Positions 41,745-52,159 of a DNA stretch of 64,000 nt are shown here, piece by piece. Each line of letters begins with the position of its first letter. Position 1 is the first letter of the stretch. The stretch is taken from contig OY762069.1 of the NCBI GenBank assembly GCA_963665095.1, positions 3,072,001 to 3,136,000 of the forward strand. The letters are read 5' to 3'. The position numbers and the translations under genes were made by a program. The notes beneath the pieces were generated by a model. That model was not told where the DNA came from. It worked only from the letters and a program-made list of their open reading frames with translations, and searched no databases. The stretch comes from an uncultured Desulfobacter sp. (lineage in GTDB: Bacteria > Desulfobacterota > Desulfobacteria > Desulfobacterales > Desulfobacteraceae).

Positions 41745-44700
41745 TTACGGAACGTCCCGTCTCCTGGACTGCCGATACTCTTCCACGCTCATGTTGCGCA
41801 GCCGTGCAGCCTGTCCGTCACGGCTGTAAACCAGGCCGACGCCGGACACATAGGGTTCAATGATGTGAATTTTCTGCAACGGGGTGACGATGAGCAGCTG
41901 CAGATTGAGCTTTTTGAACAGCTCCAGGCTGAACCGGGTGGATTCATCCGATCCCCTGCCGAATGCCTCGTCAATGGCCACAAACCTGAATGTCCTGGAA
42001 CGTACACTGTTCCACTCCAGGCCGAACTGGTAGGCCAGACTTGCCGCAAGTACGGTATAGGCAAGCTTCTCCTTCTGGCCCCCTGATTTCCCGCCGGAGT
42101 CGGCATAATGCTCATATTCGGTCTGGTCTTCGCACCAGCGCTCCGAGGCGGCAAATACGAACCAGTTGCGGACATCGGTGACCTTCCGGGTCCATCGCCG
42201 GTCCAGTTCGCTGGTGCCCTCCCGTCCCCGGAACCGCTGGATCAGGGTGCGCACCTGTAAAAATTTGCTTTCAGAGTAATGATCCGTGTCAGATCCGGTC
42301 AGTGCCCCTTCGGTACAGGCTTTCAGCTGCTGTTGGAAATCCCGGATATCCACATCCGGGTTGAGCTGGGCCTCCAGCAGGATATACCGGCCCGGGTTAT
42401 ATTCGATATCGGACAAAGAGTGGTTGATCCGGTCAATCCGCTCTTTGATGGTCTCCCGCTCCCTGGCAAGCTGGGACTGGAAATTGGCCACCTCCCGGAT
42501 GGTATTTTCGTTGAGCAGGGCCTTGAACCGGGACTCAAACCGGGGTAGGTTGTCGCTCTTGAGCTGGGCCAGCATGGTTTCATACTCAGGACCCGAGGCC
42601 ACGGCATCATCCATCTCCATGGTTTCCGACGGAAAATCCCGGCGAAATCCGTTCATGGTTTTGATGATTCTTTCTTCCAGCCGTCTGACCCGTTTATCCA
42701 GGTTATCGATCTGCCCCTGAATGATCTCCCGTAACTCCTTTTCCCGGTTGGCACAGGATTCCACCGTCAGCACATGGGAGCCAAACGCCGTATGCCGCAT
42801 GTCTTCCAGGGCTTTGAACAAAGACTGTCTCTTTTCAGGGTCCATATCCTGGGCCGTTGCCATATCTGATTCACAATTTTTTTTGCCGGCATGGGCCTGG
42901 TCCTGTTTTTCCCGGTTTCGGGAGAGCTCGTCCCTGGTCTCCCTCAGTTCTTTTTCTGTCTCTTTGATCCTTGTTTCCAGATCTTCCAGCTGGCGGTTCA
43001 GGGTGGAAAGGATATTGGAGGCAACCTCAAGCTCTTTTTTCTCCTGTTCCAGCCGGGAAATAGTCACGGCCACCGACTGCCAGTCCAGATCGGAAAAGGA
43101 TCTGTATTCCCCAAGCTTGTCCAAATTGGACAACTGCTCTCGTGCGTTGTTCTGAAAGGTATCAAGGGATGCAATTTTATCGGCAGCCGCCTGCATCTGT
43201 TTTTCCAGGGAGCGGGCCTGCTGTTTCAATGCCCGGATCTTGGCCTCGTTGGTCCAGCCCAGAATGTACTGGGAGCGGTCATTGATACGTTTTCGGTCAT
43301 CCTTTTCATGGCGGATGCCGCCTGTCTTGATCTGGCCGGCCCGGGTAACCGCCATGGGCTCTTTGCGGAACCGGATCATTTCGTCACAGCAGATATAGTT
43401 AAACCGCCGGGCAAGCTCACGCTCCACCCACAGATAGAAATCAGATTTACTTTGCAGTTCCAGCTTGTTTACCAGGGATTCGGGCACAAGCTGCATCTCC
43501 ATATCCCTGAGATCCGTCCTGACCAGGTAATAGACCAGCCGGCCGTTGAGTGCTGTGGCATCCACCCATGCCGCCACATCAGCATAATGGTCCTCTTTTA
43601 CCAGCAAAGAGAGCCCGAAATTGTGCAGCAACCGTTCCACAGCCCCTTCCCAGTCGCTTTGATCATCCCGGACCCGGATCAGCTCTCCGGCAAAGGGCAG
43701 CTCTTTTTCATCCACCCCCAGATGAGTACAAAGGCGGTTGCGGATCTCAATCTGCCGCACATGGATATTGCTCTTTCTGCCGGACAGCGACTCAAGCTCT
43801 TTTTCAAGGGCCTGATGGGCAGATGTCAGATCTCTGAATTCAACTTCTGTATCTGTACGCTCGTTTCTTAAATCCGCCTCTTTTTGTGCAAGCTTTTCCC
43901 GGCATGCTTTGATCTTCCGGGCATTGTCGTGGAAATCATCCCGGGTCTCAACCCGTGCCAGATCCAGATCCCGGGCCAGCCCGCCATATCGCAGGGCTTT
44001 ATCTTTTCTGTTTTTCTTCTCCAGGGCCAGGCGGTCCAGGTCCGCCCTGATCCGTTCCAGCCGGTCGCCCCCGTTTTCAGCAATGGCCTGTTTCAGCCCG
44101 TCCCGGTCGCCTAAAAGCGCCCGGTGGTCCAGGTCCTGTGCCTGGCTCTTATTTTCCAGACGCGCCTGCTCATCTGCCAGGTTTTTCAGCCGTTTCTGGA
44201 ACAGTCCCCATTTATGGGTGGCAAAAAACGGAACCAGGGCGTTGCGGCAGTCGCGCAGAAGCCCCTGCTCCGCCACCACCGCCTGGTGGGTCCGGCAGTC
44301 TTTGACCAGGGGGGTCAGCCGTTCAATCTGGTGCCTGGCCTTTAATACGGCTTCATGGGCCCGGTTCAGATCGTCAAAATGGTGAATCAGGGCATCAATG
44401 CGGGGGTCTGTGTCAAAGGGTTCGAGCATATGCTGCCGCACAAAATCGTTGAGGTTGCCCACGGATTTCATGGAGACGGTCTGGTGAAACAGGGTCAGGG
44501 CCACCTCCTGGGCATATCCCTGGTTTTTAAAGACACCCAGGATCACGGAGAAACTGTTGTGATCCCGCAAGGCCACTGATTTTGACGCATGGCCCATATC
44601 GCTGCGCTCGGACTTGTAATACCCCTGGACGTAGGAGCGCAGGCTGCGCTCTTTGGTGTCTGCGCCGGCCGCCTTGTTGTAGATGATCCGCTGGGCCGGG

Positions 44701-44912
44701 ACCAGCAGCGTGGTCACCGCATCCACCAGGGTGGATTTTCCAGAGCCGATATCCCCTGTGAGCAGGCCATTTCTGCCGTTAAGATCCAGGCGCCACACCT
44801 CTTTATGAAAGGTGCCCCAGTTGAAAACCTCCAGGGTGTCAAGGCGGAAACCGGCCAGGGCATCGTCCCGGACAAACTCCAGCATTCCCTGTTCCATATT
44901 GTCCGGTTTCAT
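41745..44912 (-). CDS. jetC: Wadjet SMC-like ATPase JetC
   Basis: GDIGSGKST, long coiled coils, KSGGQ and IDEAF; follows jetA and jetB. Confidence 0.9.
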   Translation of the reverse strand: MKPDNMEQGMLEFVRDDALAGFRLDTLEVFNWGTFHKEVWRLDLNGRNGLLTGDIGSGKSTLVDAVTTLLVPAQRIIYNKAAGADTKERSLRSYVQGYYKSERSDMGHASKSVALRDHNSFSVILGVFKNQGYAQEVALTLFHQTVSMKSVGNLNDFVRQHMLEPFDTDPRIDALIHHFDDLNRAHEAVLKARHQIERLTPLVKDCRTHQAVVAEQGLLRDCRNALVPFFATHKWGLFQKRLKNLADEQARLENKSQAQDLDHRALLGDRDGLKQAIAENGGDRLERIRADLDRLALEKKNRKDKALRYGGLARDLDLARVETRDDFHDNARKIKACREKLAQKEADLRNERTDTEVEFRDLTSAHQALEKELESLSGRKSNIHVRQIEIRNRLCTHLGVDEKELPFAGELIRVRDDQSDWEGAVERLLHNFGLSLLVKEDHYADVAAWVDATALNGRLVYYLVRTDLRDMEMQLVPESLVNKLELQSKSDFYLWVERELARRFNYICCDEMIRFRKEPMAVTRAGQIKTGGIRHEKDDRKRINDRSQYILGWTNEAKIRALKQQARSLEKQMQAAADKIASLDTFQNNAREQLSNLDKLGEYRSFSDLDWQSVAVTISRLEQEKKELEVASNILSTLNRQLEDLETRIKETEKELRETRDELSRNREKQDQAHAGKKNCESDMATAQDMDPEKRQSLFKALEDMRHTAFGSHVLTVESCANREKELREIIQGQIDNLDKRVRRLEERIIKTMNGFRRDFPSETMEMDDAVASGPEYETMLAQLKSDNLPRFESRFKALLNENTIREVANFQSQLARERETIKERIDRINHSLSDIEYNPGRYILLEAQLNPDVDIRDFQQQLKACTEGALTGSDTDHYSESKFLQVRTLIQRFRGREGTSELDRRWTRKVTDVRNWFVFAASERWCEDQTEYEHYADSGGKSGGQKEKLAYTVLAASLAYQFGLEWNSVRSRTFRFVAIDEAFGRGSDESTRFSLELFKKLNLQLLIVTPLQKIHIIEPYVSGVGLVYSRDGQAARLRNMSVEEYRQSRRRDVP

Positions 44913-45524
44913 TTATCCCCCATTGTCTTCTTCGCGTTCCTCTTCATTACCTGTCTGGTATTCCTTCAACCGCTCATCAAACTCATGGAGCCACTGGGCA
45001 TCCACAAAGGCCTTGATGATCCGGATCACCTCGATCTTGTCCTTGTGTCCCTTGAGGCGACGGATAAACCCGAGTTCGGCTATTTTGTTCAAATGGCTTT
45101 CAATGCGGTCCAGAAACTTTGCCTCATTACTGCCCGAAGTAAAAAAAATCCGGCCCATGTCCGCGATCTCTTCCACGGAGAGGATCAGCCGGGGGTCCTG
45201 GCCTGCGGCATCGTTTTCAGCCAGTTTCTTGCGCAGCAGCGCAATGATCAGACTCACGGGATAGGAGAGCTTTCTACGCCCCACAAGCCTTGGCAACGGC
45301 TCTTCACCTTCGACCGGCTCCAGGGTTTTCAGCCAGGCATACCCCTCGGATTCGTCCAGTACCAGTTCCAGGCCCAGCACCCGCACGTACTCGCGCACAG
45401 CCATCTGCCCCTCTTCAAGATCCTGCCACAGGGCCGGGTCTGTTTCCCGGAACACCACCCCCTTTATCAGGGCAATGAGCGGTCTGCTGATATTTACAGG
45501 ATACGCGTTGCTTTCTTCCATCAT
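44913..45524 (-). CDS. jetB: Wadjet JetB (DUF4194)
   Basis: LGLELVLDESEGYA and LPRLVGRRKLSYPVSL motifs; lies between jetA and jetC. Confidence 0.88.
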   Translation of the reverse strand: MMEESNAYPVNISRPLIALIKGVVFRETDPALWQDLEEGQMAVREYVRVLGLELVLDESEGYAWLKTLEPVEGEEPLPRLVGRRKLSYPVSLIIALLRKKLAENDAAGQDPRLILSVEEIADMGRIFFTSGSNEAKFLDRIESHLNKIAELGFIRRLKGHKDKIEVIRIIKAFVDAQWLHEFDERLKEYQTGNEEEREEDNGG

Positions 45525-45527
45525 TTC

Positions 45528-46970
45528 CTACCGGTTAAAAATCACTTTACTGAACTGCGCCCGCCGGCAGACGCCTGAACTGTCGGTCCAGACGGCCTGC
45601 TGGGTCTCTTTGTCATCAAAAACCGCTTTTTCATCCTCCCCGGCAATGCTCAGGTAGGCCACAAGCTCGGCCAACCCCTCTTCCAGGGGATGGTCCTCAA
45701 GGATATCGCTTAAGCTGATCTGGTCCTTTGCCTGGAGAAAGGCCCTGATCCGTCGTTTCAATTTGAGCCGGTCCACAAACACCCCTGAATAGAGGATATC
45801 CGAAGGGATATCTGATCCGTCCCCCAGCGCGACCGTTTCCCGGATCACGGGCTTAACGGGAAAGGTGTACATGGGCCGTTCCATGGGGAGCAGAACCGTG
45901 GGACAGGACGCATCAATGGTCATGAAATCATTGCCCGGCGGGTCATCCTTTATCTGGACACTTCGGGTCTCAATGGACTGGATCACCTGCATGATCCGCT
46001 TGTTTTCCAGGAATGCCTGGTCATCCAGGTACCGCCGGAGCTGTCCGGAGAGTTTGGCCACGGTGCGCTGGGTATGTTCCCCGGCGGAAAGCCAGTCGTA
46101 ATGGATCCGTTTCAGGCGCGGGTCCGGGGAGAGGGCCTTTACAGCATCGAGCTTAAACACGGCGGCAAGCAGGTCCGTGAGCTCCTCCTGCCGGGCCGGG
46201 GACATGAGAAGATCCCAGAAGGAGGTAAAACTTTTACCCTGGTCTGATTCAGCAATCATGTCCCGCTCCCCGAAAAAATCCGCCAGCAGCTCCCCTTTGC
46301 TGCCTTCCCACAGGGTGATGCGCTCCCGGATTTTCCGGTCCAGGTCCCGGAAGTTGTACTCCACCTCCCTGAAATCACTGAGCAGTTCCCGGGCGGTTTT
46401 ATTGACCTGGAGAAACCGGTCTTTCAGCGCCGTATCATCCAGCATATCCCAGTGTCCCTGCCGGGCCAGCTCAAGCTTTTCCTCAATCTGCGCCTTTTGC
46501 TTTTCAAGGCTCTTGATTCTTTCGGCCCCATCCGCCTGGGTGCCCCGGACCATCTGCGCCAGCAGTTCAAAAATGGTCATGAGCCGGGATTCCGTCCCGA
46601 CAAAGGCCCGGGAAACCAGACTCTCAAGCCAGGTCACGGCCTTTTCCACCCAGGGCATCAGGTCATAATGGACCTCATCCGAATCCTGGGGATAAAATTT
46701 CCTGAGCCATCCTTTATCATCTGCGGCCCAGTCATCCAGGTAGGCTTCGGCTGCCTTGGGAAACGCATCCTCGCCCTGGGTTTCCCTTAAAACAAACAGA
46801 TAGTCCTCCAGGGCTGAAGCCAGATCCGCCCGGCTCATGCTCCGGTGGTTTGGCAGGATAAAGGCCCTGTGAAGGAAAGAGACAATCAGCGGGGCATGGT
46901 CCGCTGCCAGCAGCCGCCAAGCCGGATGGTTCTTCCTTAACGATTTGAGGGTGTGATAATCAAACGCCAT
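45528..46970 (-). CDS. jetA: Wadjet JetA (DUF3375)
   Basis: HPAWRLL.ADHAPL, GTESRL, SDQGKSF and GLAELVAY motifs. Confidence 0.88.
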   Translation of the reverse strand: MAFDYHTLKSLRKNHPAWRLLAADHAPLIVSFLHRAFILPNHRSMSRADLASALEDYLFVLRETQGEDAFPKAAEAYLDDWAADDKGWLRKFYPQDSDEVHYDLMPWVEKAVTWLESLVSRAFVGTESRLMTIFELLAQMVRGTQADGAERIKSLEKQKAQIEEKLELARQGHWDMLDDTALKDRFLQVNKTARELLSDFREVEYNFRDLDRKIRERITLWEGSKGELLADFFGERDMIAESDQGKSFTSFWDLLMSPARQEELTDLLAAVFKLDAVKALSPDPRLKRIHYDWLSAGEHTQRTVAKLSGQLRRYLDDQAFLENKRIMQVIQSIETRSVQIKDDPPGNDFMTIDASCPTVLLPMERPMYTFPVKPVIRETVALGDGSDIPSDILYSGVFVDRLKLKRRIRAFLQAKDQISLSDILEDHPLEEGLAELVAYLSIAGEDEKAVFDDKETQQAVWTDSSGVCRRAQFSKVIFNR

Positions 46971-47133
46971 AAGTGTTATCTCTAACTGATCCTTTTTCCT
47001 ACCAGGCTCTTACCTATTTTACCGTTCAATTAAAAGCGGTTTTATCCTCTCATAATTCTTTCAGCATGAATTTGCCCTGTGCCGAATGTACTCTTGACTT
47101 TTGTTTTTTTTATTTGACCTTTATAATGCATGG

Positions 47134-47976
47134 ATGACGGATACACCGGCACATAAACCAGCACCTCTGGTATTCACTGATCTTGACGGAACCCTTCTGG
47201 ACCATGACACTTACGGATTTGAACCGGCGCTACCCGCGTTGCACAGGCTCCAGACAAAAAAAATTCCGGTGATCATTAATTCAAGCAAGACCCTGATCGA
47301 GATTGTTCAACTTCGCCGCGCCCTTAATAATGATCACCCGTTTATCGCGGAAAATGGTTCTGTGGTGGCTGTACCAGCAAACTATTTTCCTGACATAGAT
47401 CTTGTGGCGCAAGGTTTTCAACTTGTATCAGGCGTCCTTGTCAAGCGGCTTGGGGGCGACCGGGAAACCGTGCTTGAAATATTGAGCCGGTTAAGAAATA
47501 CTATATTTTCATTTGAAGGGTTTGCAGATATGTCTCCGGCCCGGCTTTCAAAAGTAACCGGACTGAATGAAAAACAGGCCATGCTTGCCGGACAGCGGCT
47601 GAGTACGGAACCCATACTCTGGCATGATACTGCAGAAAAGTGGAATGACTTCTGCGCACTGCTTGCCGAAAACGGGCTGGGGTGGGTGCAGGGAGGACGG
47701 TTCATCTCCATATCCCGACCCTTTGACAAAAAAGACGGGGTGGCATTCCTGCTCAATCTTTATTCGGCCAGTTCGAACATAAAAAGAGTATGCATCGGCT
47801 TAGGGGACAGCCCCAACGACCAGGCCATGCTGGACATGATGGATATTGCCGTGGTGATCTGTTCGGCCCGGTCCAGCAAGGTGGAGCCCAAAGGTGCGGG
47901 CACTGTTATCCGCACCACCCGGAAAGGCCCCCGGGGCTGGCAGGAGGCCATGGATACTATTTTTTCAACCCTTTAG
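47134..47976 (+). CDS. gpgP: Glucosyl/mannosyl-3-phosphoglycerate phosphatase (HAD IIB)
   Basis: DLDGTLLD, SSKT, GGRF and GDSPND motifs; upstream of the synthase. Confidence 0.8.
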   Translation: MTDTPAHKPAPLVFTDLDGTLLDHDTYGFEPALPALHRLQTKKIPVIINSSKTLIEIVQLRRALNNDHPFIAENGSVVAVPANYFPDIDLVAQGFQLVSGVLVKRLGGDRETVLEILSRLRNTIFSFEGFADMSPARLSKVTGLNEKQAMLAGQRLSTEPILWHDTAEKWNDFCALLAENGLGWVQGGRFISISRPFDKKDGVAFLLNLYSASSNIKRVCIGLGDSPNDQAMLDMMDIAVVICSARSSKVEPKGAGTVIRTTRKGPRGWQEAMDTIFSTL

Positions 47977-48000
47977 ACAGTTTTAAAGGAGGACATGATC

Positions 48001-49224
48001 ATGGGAGATTTTCACCAGAACGGCATTATCACCATATTGCACAACCTGTCCCGGCAGCCCGCAGAAGACCTGGAAGACCAGCTGGAATGGTTTTCAAAAA
48101 CACGGCCCCTGGGTCTGGTGCTGCCCTCTCTATACTCTGAACTTGAAGGCCCGGCTTTAGAGCATATCGTGGCGGAGCTGTCAAAGGTTTCCTATCTCAA
48201 CCAGATTGTTATCGGCCTGGACCGGGCCAACGAAGACCAGTACACCCGGGCGATTGATTTTTTTTCCCGGCTGCCCCAGCACCACCGCATTCTCTGGAAT
48301 GACGGCCCGCGCCTGAGAGCCATTGATAAGAAACTGGCCGATCTGAATCTTGCCCCCACCGAACCCGGCAAGGGCCGAAACGTCTGGTACTGCTTCGGTT
48401 ATGTTCTGGCATCAGGCATGGCGGATGCCGTGGCATTGCACGACTGCGACATTCTGACCTATGAACGCTCCCTGCTGGCCAGGCTGATCTACCCCGTTGC
48501 CCACCCTGATTTTTCCTACAAATTCTGCAAGGGATATTATGCAAGGTTTACGGAATCCAAGGTTAACGGAAGGGTGAGCCGCCTGCTGGTCTCCCCGCTG
48601 CTCTCCGCCTTGAAAAAAATTTACCCCGGCAATGAATCCCTGGATTACCTGGAAAGCTTCAGGTATCCGCTGGCCGGGGAGTTCTCCATGCGGACCAGCG
48701 TGCTGGAGGACTTGAGAATGCCCACGGACTGGGGTCTTGAGGTGGGCATCTTGTATGAAATGAAACGCAACTACAGCCTGGGTCGCATCTGCCAGGTGGA
48801 TATAGCCGACACCTATGACCACAAACACCAGCCCATGAGCTTTGATGATGCCGATGCAGGGCTTTCCAAGATGAGTATTGATATATCCAAGGCTATCTTT
48901 AAAAAACTGGCCACGGAGGGCGAAATTTTCACGGCGGAAAAATTCCGCACCATCAAGGCCACCTACTACCGGCAGGCCCTTGACTTTGTTGAAATCTACC
49001 GCAATGATGCCCTGATGAACGGACTGATCCTGGACCGCCACAAGGAGGAAAAGGCAGTGGAACTGTTTGCGGAAAATATACTGGAAGCAGGCCGGATTTA
49101 TCTTGAAGAGCCCCATTCGGTGCCGTTTATTCCGGCATGGAAGCGGGTAAAAAGTGCCCTTGGTGACATTATGGATGAGCTGAAAGACGCTGTTGAAAAA
49201 GATTATGAACAATACCGGCCCTAA
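48001..49224 (+). CDS. gpgS: Glucosyl-3-phosphoglycerate synthase
   Basis: MGDFHQNG, GKGRNVW, HDCDI, YPLAGEF and YDHKHQ motifs. Confidence 0.82.
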   Translation: MGDFHQNGIITILHNLSRQPAEDLEDQLEWFSKTRPLGLVLPSLYSELEGPALEHIVAELSKVSYLNQIVIGLDRANEDQYTRAIDFFSRLPQHHRILWNDGPRLRAIDKKLADLNLAPTEPGKGRNVWYCFGYVLASGMADAVALHDCDILTYERSLLARLIYPVAHPDFSYKFCKGYYARFTESKVNGRVSRLLVSPLLSALKKIYPGNESLDYLESFRYPLAGEFSMRTSVLEDLRMPTDWGLEVGILYEMKRNYSLGRICQVDIADTYDHKHQPMSFDDADAGLSKMSIDISKAIFKKLATEGEIFTAEKFRTIKATYYRQALDFVEIYRNDALMNGLILDRHKEEKAVELFAENILEAGRIYLEEPHSVPFIPAWKRVKSALGDIMDELKDAVEKDYEQYRP

Positions 49225-50974
49225 GGCTCCCGCCTGCCTGTTTGACGAGGTCCGTGCCTATCTTGAGTGCATTTACCCAGACAAAAAGATTAACGATCTG
49301 GCCCGACAGGCCATTGCTGTTTTTGAACCCATCCATGATTCCCTGGACGATGCCTGTGTCTCGGGCGTGCCGCTCTGGTCGGAAAAAGACATTGCCCTGA
49401 TCACCTACGGAAATTCCCTTGTAGAGGAAGGGACCCGCCCCCTGCGGACCCTGGACCGCTTCTTAAGGGACTATACCCATGACCGGTTCTCCATTGTCCA
49501 CATCCTGCCTTTTTTCCCCTATTCGTCAGATGACGGGTTTGCAGTCATGGACTATTACACGGTGAATCAAAGTCTTGGGGACTGGGATGACATCAGCAGA
49601 ATCGCAGGCCGCTGCAGGCTCATGGCCGATCTGGTGATCAATCACACTTCGTCCCGGGCCCGTTGGTTTGAAAACTTTAAAAAAGGGGTTCACCCTGGAA
49701 AAGACTATTACGTCACCGTTGACCCGGAAAGTGATCTGTCCAAAGTGATCCGCCCCCGAACCAGCCCGCTGCTGCGGGAGGTGGTCACCCCGGACGGCCC
49801 CCGGCATGTCTGGTGTACCTTCAGCCACGACCAGGTGGATCTGGATTTTAAAAACCCGGATGTCCTCATGGAATTTTTATCCATTATCCGCCACTACCTG
49901 GATAACGGGGTTCAGGTCTTCCGCCTGGATGCCGTGGCCTTTCTATGGAAAGACATCTGCACCACCTGCCTGCACCTGGTCCAGACCCATAAAATCGTTA
50001 AACTCATGCGCACCCTGATCCAGGCCCACAATCCCCGGGCCATGATCATCACGGAAACCAATGTACCGGCCAGGGAAAACCTCTCCTATTTCGGCATCGG
50101 GGATGAAGCCCAGGTGATTTATAATTTTCCGTTGCCACCCTTTCTGCTCAATACCATGGCCACGGGCAACAGCAAAGGGATCACCGACTGGCTGAAAAGC
50201 AATCCCGATATCATGATCAGCACCACCTGCCTGAACTTCATCGCCTCCCATGACGGCATTGGGCTTCGGCCGGTGGAGGACTATTTTTCCCAGCAGGAGA
50301 TGAAACGCCTTATTGAGCTGATGAAAGCCTTTGGCGGCAGAATCTCCACCCGGGCCCTCAACGACCAGAAAGACAACCCCTACGAGATCAACATCAGCCT
50401 TTGGGATGCCATGAAAGGGACCATGAACGGCGGCCAAAACCAGTTCGAGCCAGACCCGTTCCAGGCAGACCGGTTTATCTGTGCCCACGCTATCATGCTG
50501 GCCCTCAAGGGCATCCCGGCCATATATATCCACAGCCTTCTGGCCACGGAAAATGATTATGACCGCAGGGATAATCTGAGATCCAACCGGGCCGTTAACC
50601 GCCATATCTGGGACTACCCTGAACTTTGCAACAAGCTGGCTGATCCCCACGACCACCATCATCAGGTATTTTCACGTCTGTGCATACTCATGGATATCCG
50701 GAAAAAACAGAAAGCCTTCCACCCGGATGCCGGACAGACCGCCTTTAATATCAACCGAAAGGTTGTGGCGTTCCAGCGCCGGCCTGTTGACGACACCCCG
50801 GCCCCTGCCCTGTTGTGCATTCATAACATCTGTAATCAGACCATCACCATCCCCTCAAAGGATCTGCCGGAAAAATGGCGAAAGGATGGAATGGACCTGA
50901 TTTCAGGGGAGGTGTTGCCGCTTGATAATGCGCTGGATCTTGCCCCGTATCAGTCTGTGTGGATCACCGGGTGA
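49205..50974 (+). CDS. GH13_18 sugar phosphorylase, probably glucosylglycerate phosphorylase
   Basis: HILPFFP.SSDDGF, RLDAV, TETN, SHDG and YEIN motifs; clustered with gpgPS. Confidence 0.8.
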   Translation: MNNTGPKAPACLFDEVRAYLECIYPDKKINDLARQAIAVFEPIHDSLDDACVSGVPLWSEKDIALITYGNSLVEEGTRPLRTLDRFLRDYTHDRFSIVHILPFFPYSSDDGFAVMDYYTVNQSLGDWDDISRIAGRCRLMADLVINHTSSRARWFENFKKGVHPGKDYYVTVDPESDLSKVIRPRTSPLLREVVTPDGPRHVWCTFSHDQVDLDFKNPDVLMEFLSIIRHYLDNGVQVFRLDAVAFLWKDICTTCLHLVQTHKIVKLMRTLIQAHNPRAMIITETNVPARENLSYFGIGDEAQVIYNFPLPPFLLNTMATGNSKGITDWLKSNPDIMISTTCLNFIASHDGIGLRPVEDYFSQQEMKRLIELMKAFGGRISTRALNDQKDNPYEINISLWDAMKGTMNGGQNQFEPDPFQADRFICAHAIMLALKGIPAIYIHSLLATENDYDRRDNLRSNRAVNRHIWDYPELCNKLADPHDHHHQVFSRLCILMDIRKKQKAFHPDAGQTAFNINRKVVAFQRRPVDDTPAPALLCIHNICNQTITIPSKDLPEKWRKDGMDLISGEVLPLDNALDLAPYQSVWITG

Positions 50975-51779
50975 CGGAAACGAGTTCACCAATAATTGAT
51001 CCCACAAGCACCTTAGACTGAATGCGCACCGGCAGACGTCTTTCATCTGCTGTGATCCATAAACGCAACGTGGGTTTGTGGCTTTTTTTAAATACCCCGC
51101 CAAAATGGGTGAGTTCCGGCTCTACAACATAGGTGTCATACGCTGTATTAAAGCATGTGATGGTTTCACGGCCCACAACATGCGCCTTTCCCATAAAACA
51201 TTTTTTCCCGTCAGTGACAGGAAAGGTGATCTCACTATTTTGATCTAAATTGAGGCAACGCAATTTATAAAATGTTGAAAGCGGATCAAATGAGCCTGGA
51301 GGGATATTTACGGGCTTTCTTCCGCGGTTAAAATCTGAATATCTCACCGTCTGCTTCTCCCAGTCAAAGAGCGCCAGGACATCCCTTTTCTCGTGGCCCT
51401 TTCCTCTTTTTGAGTAACGCATTGAACGGGTAAAGCAGATATCTGTATAGGCATCAAATCTGTCCCGGACTTTGTAGAACACATCCACAAATGAAGACGT
51501 TTTCACTGTTAATAAAAAATGCCGGGAAGGCTGTTTGTCAAGCTGGGTGACAGGCAGAATTTCAAACACGGCTTCCCCGGCATCAACAGCGCCCCAGCGA
51601 ATATGATAGACCAGCCGCTCACCCGGCATAAAAGGGAACGATGCTGCCTGGGCTGTCTGCTCAGAAGCGATGACAGATGAAACGCTCCCTGCCCAAAAGG
51701 GCAGCACAATTACCAGAACAATCCAGGCAATAAAATTGCCAAGCAGAAACCCGGCTGGCCTTAAATGCTGCTTTTTCAT
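50964..51779 (-). CDS. DUF3108-family exported protein
   Basis: Signal/TM segment; GERLVY..WG, DPLS and WIT.D..RLPV motifs. Confidence 0.7.
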   Translation of the reverse strand: MKKQHLRPAGFLLGNFIAWIVLVIVLPFWAGSVSSVIASEQTAQAASFPFMPGERLVYHIRWGAVDAGEAVFEILPVTQLDKQPSRHFLLTVKTSSFVDVFYKVRDRFDAYTDICFTRSMRYSKRGKGHEKRDVLALFDWEKQTVRYSDFNRGRKPVNIPPGSFDPLSTFYKLRCLNLDQNSEITFPVTDGKKCFMGKAHVVGRETITCFNTAYDTYVVEPELTHFGGVFKKSHKPTLRLWITADERRLPVRIQSKVLVGSIIGELVSVTR

Positions 51780-52159
51780 TATATAGCTGCGGATTCCTTC
51801 TGAAGAACAGATACAAATGAAAGCCACAAAAAAGCAATCATTAAACAGGAGATTTGATCTCTCATCACTGGCCCCCTTTAATCCATCAATACCCAATCAG
51901 GGTGCAACCCTTTGAAAATCCCAAATGAGGTGCGGTTAAAATTTAATTTTAAAACACCCGGTGCAGGTTGACAAACAATATGTTAAACCCATTTTAAAAC
52001 AGCCCGGATAGTTTCTTTAAAAAACCCCGGGTCCTTTTGAAACAACCATGGCATCCGCCGGGAAATATCCGTATCAAAAGCAGTTTTTTTATTCAAACCG
52101 GATATTGGGCGAATGTCTTTTTCCAAAATGGAAACCCAGATAAAAAACAGGAAAATTCA

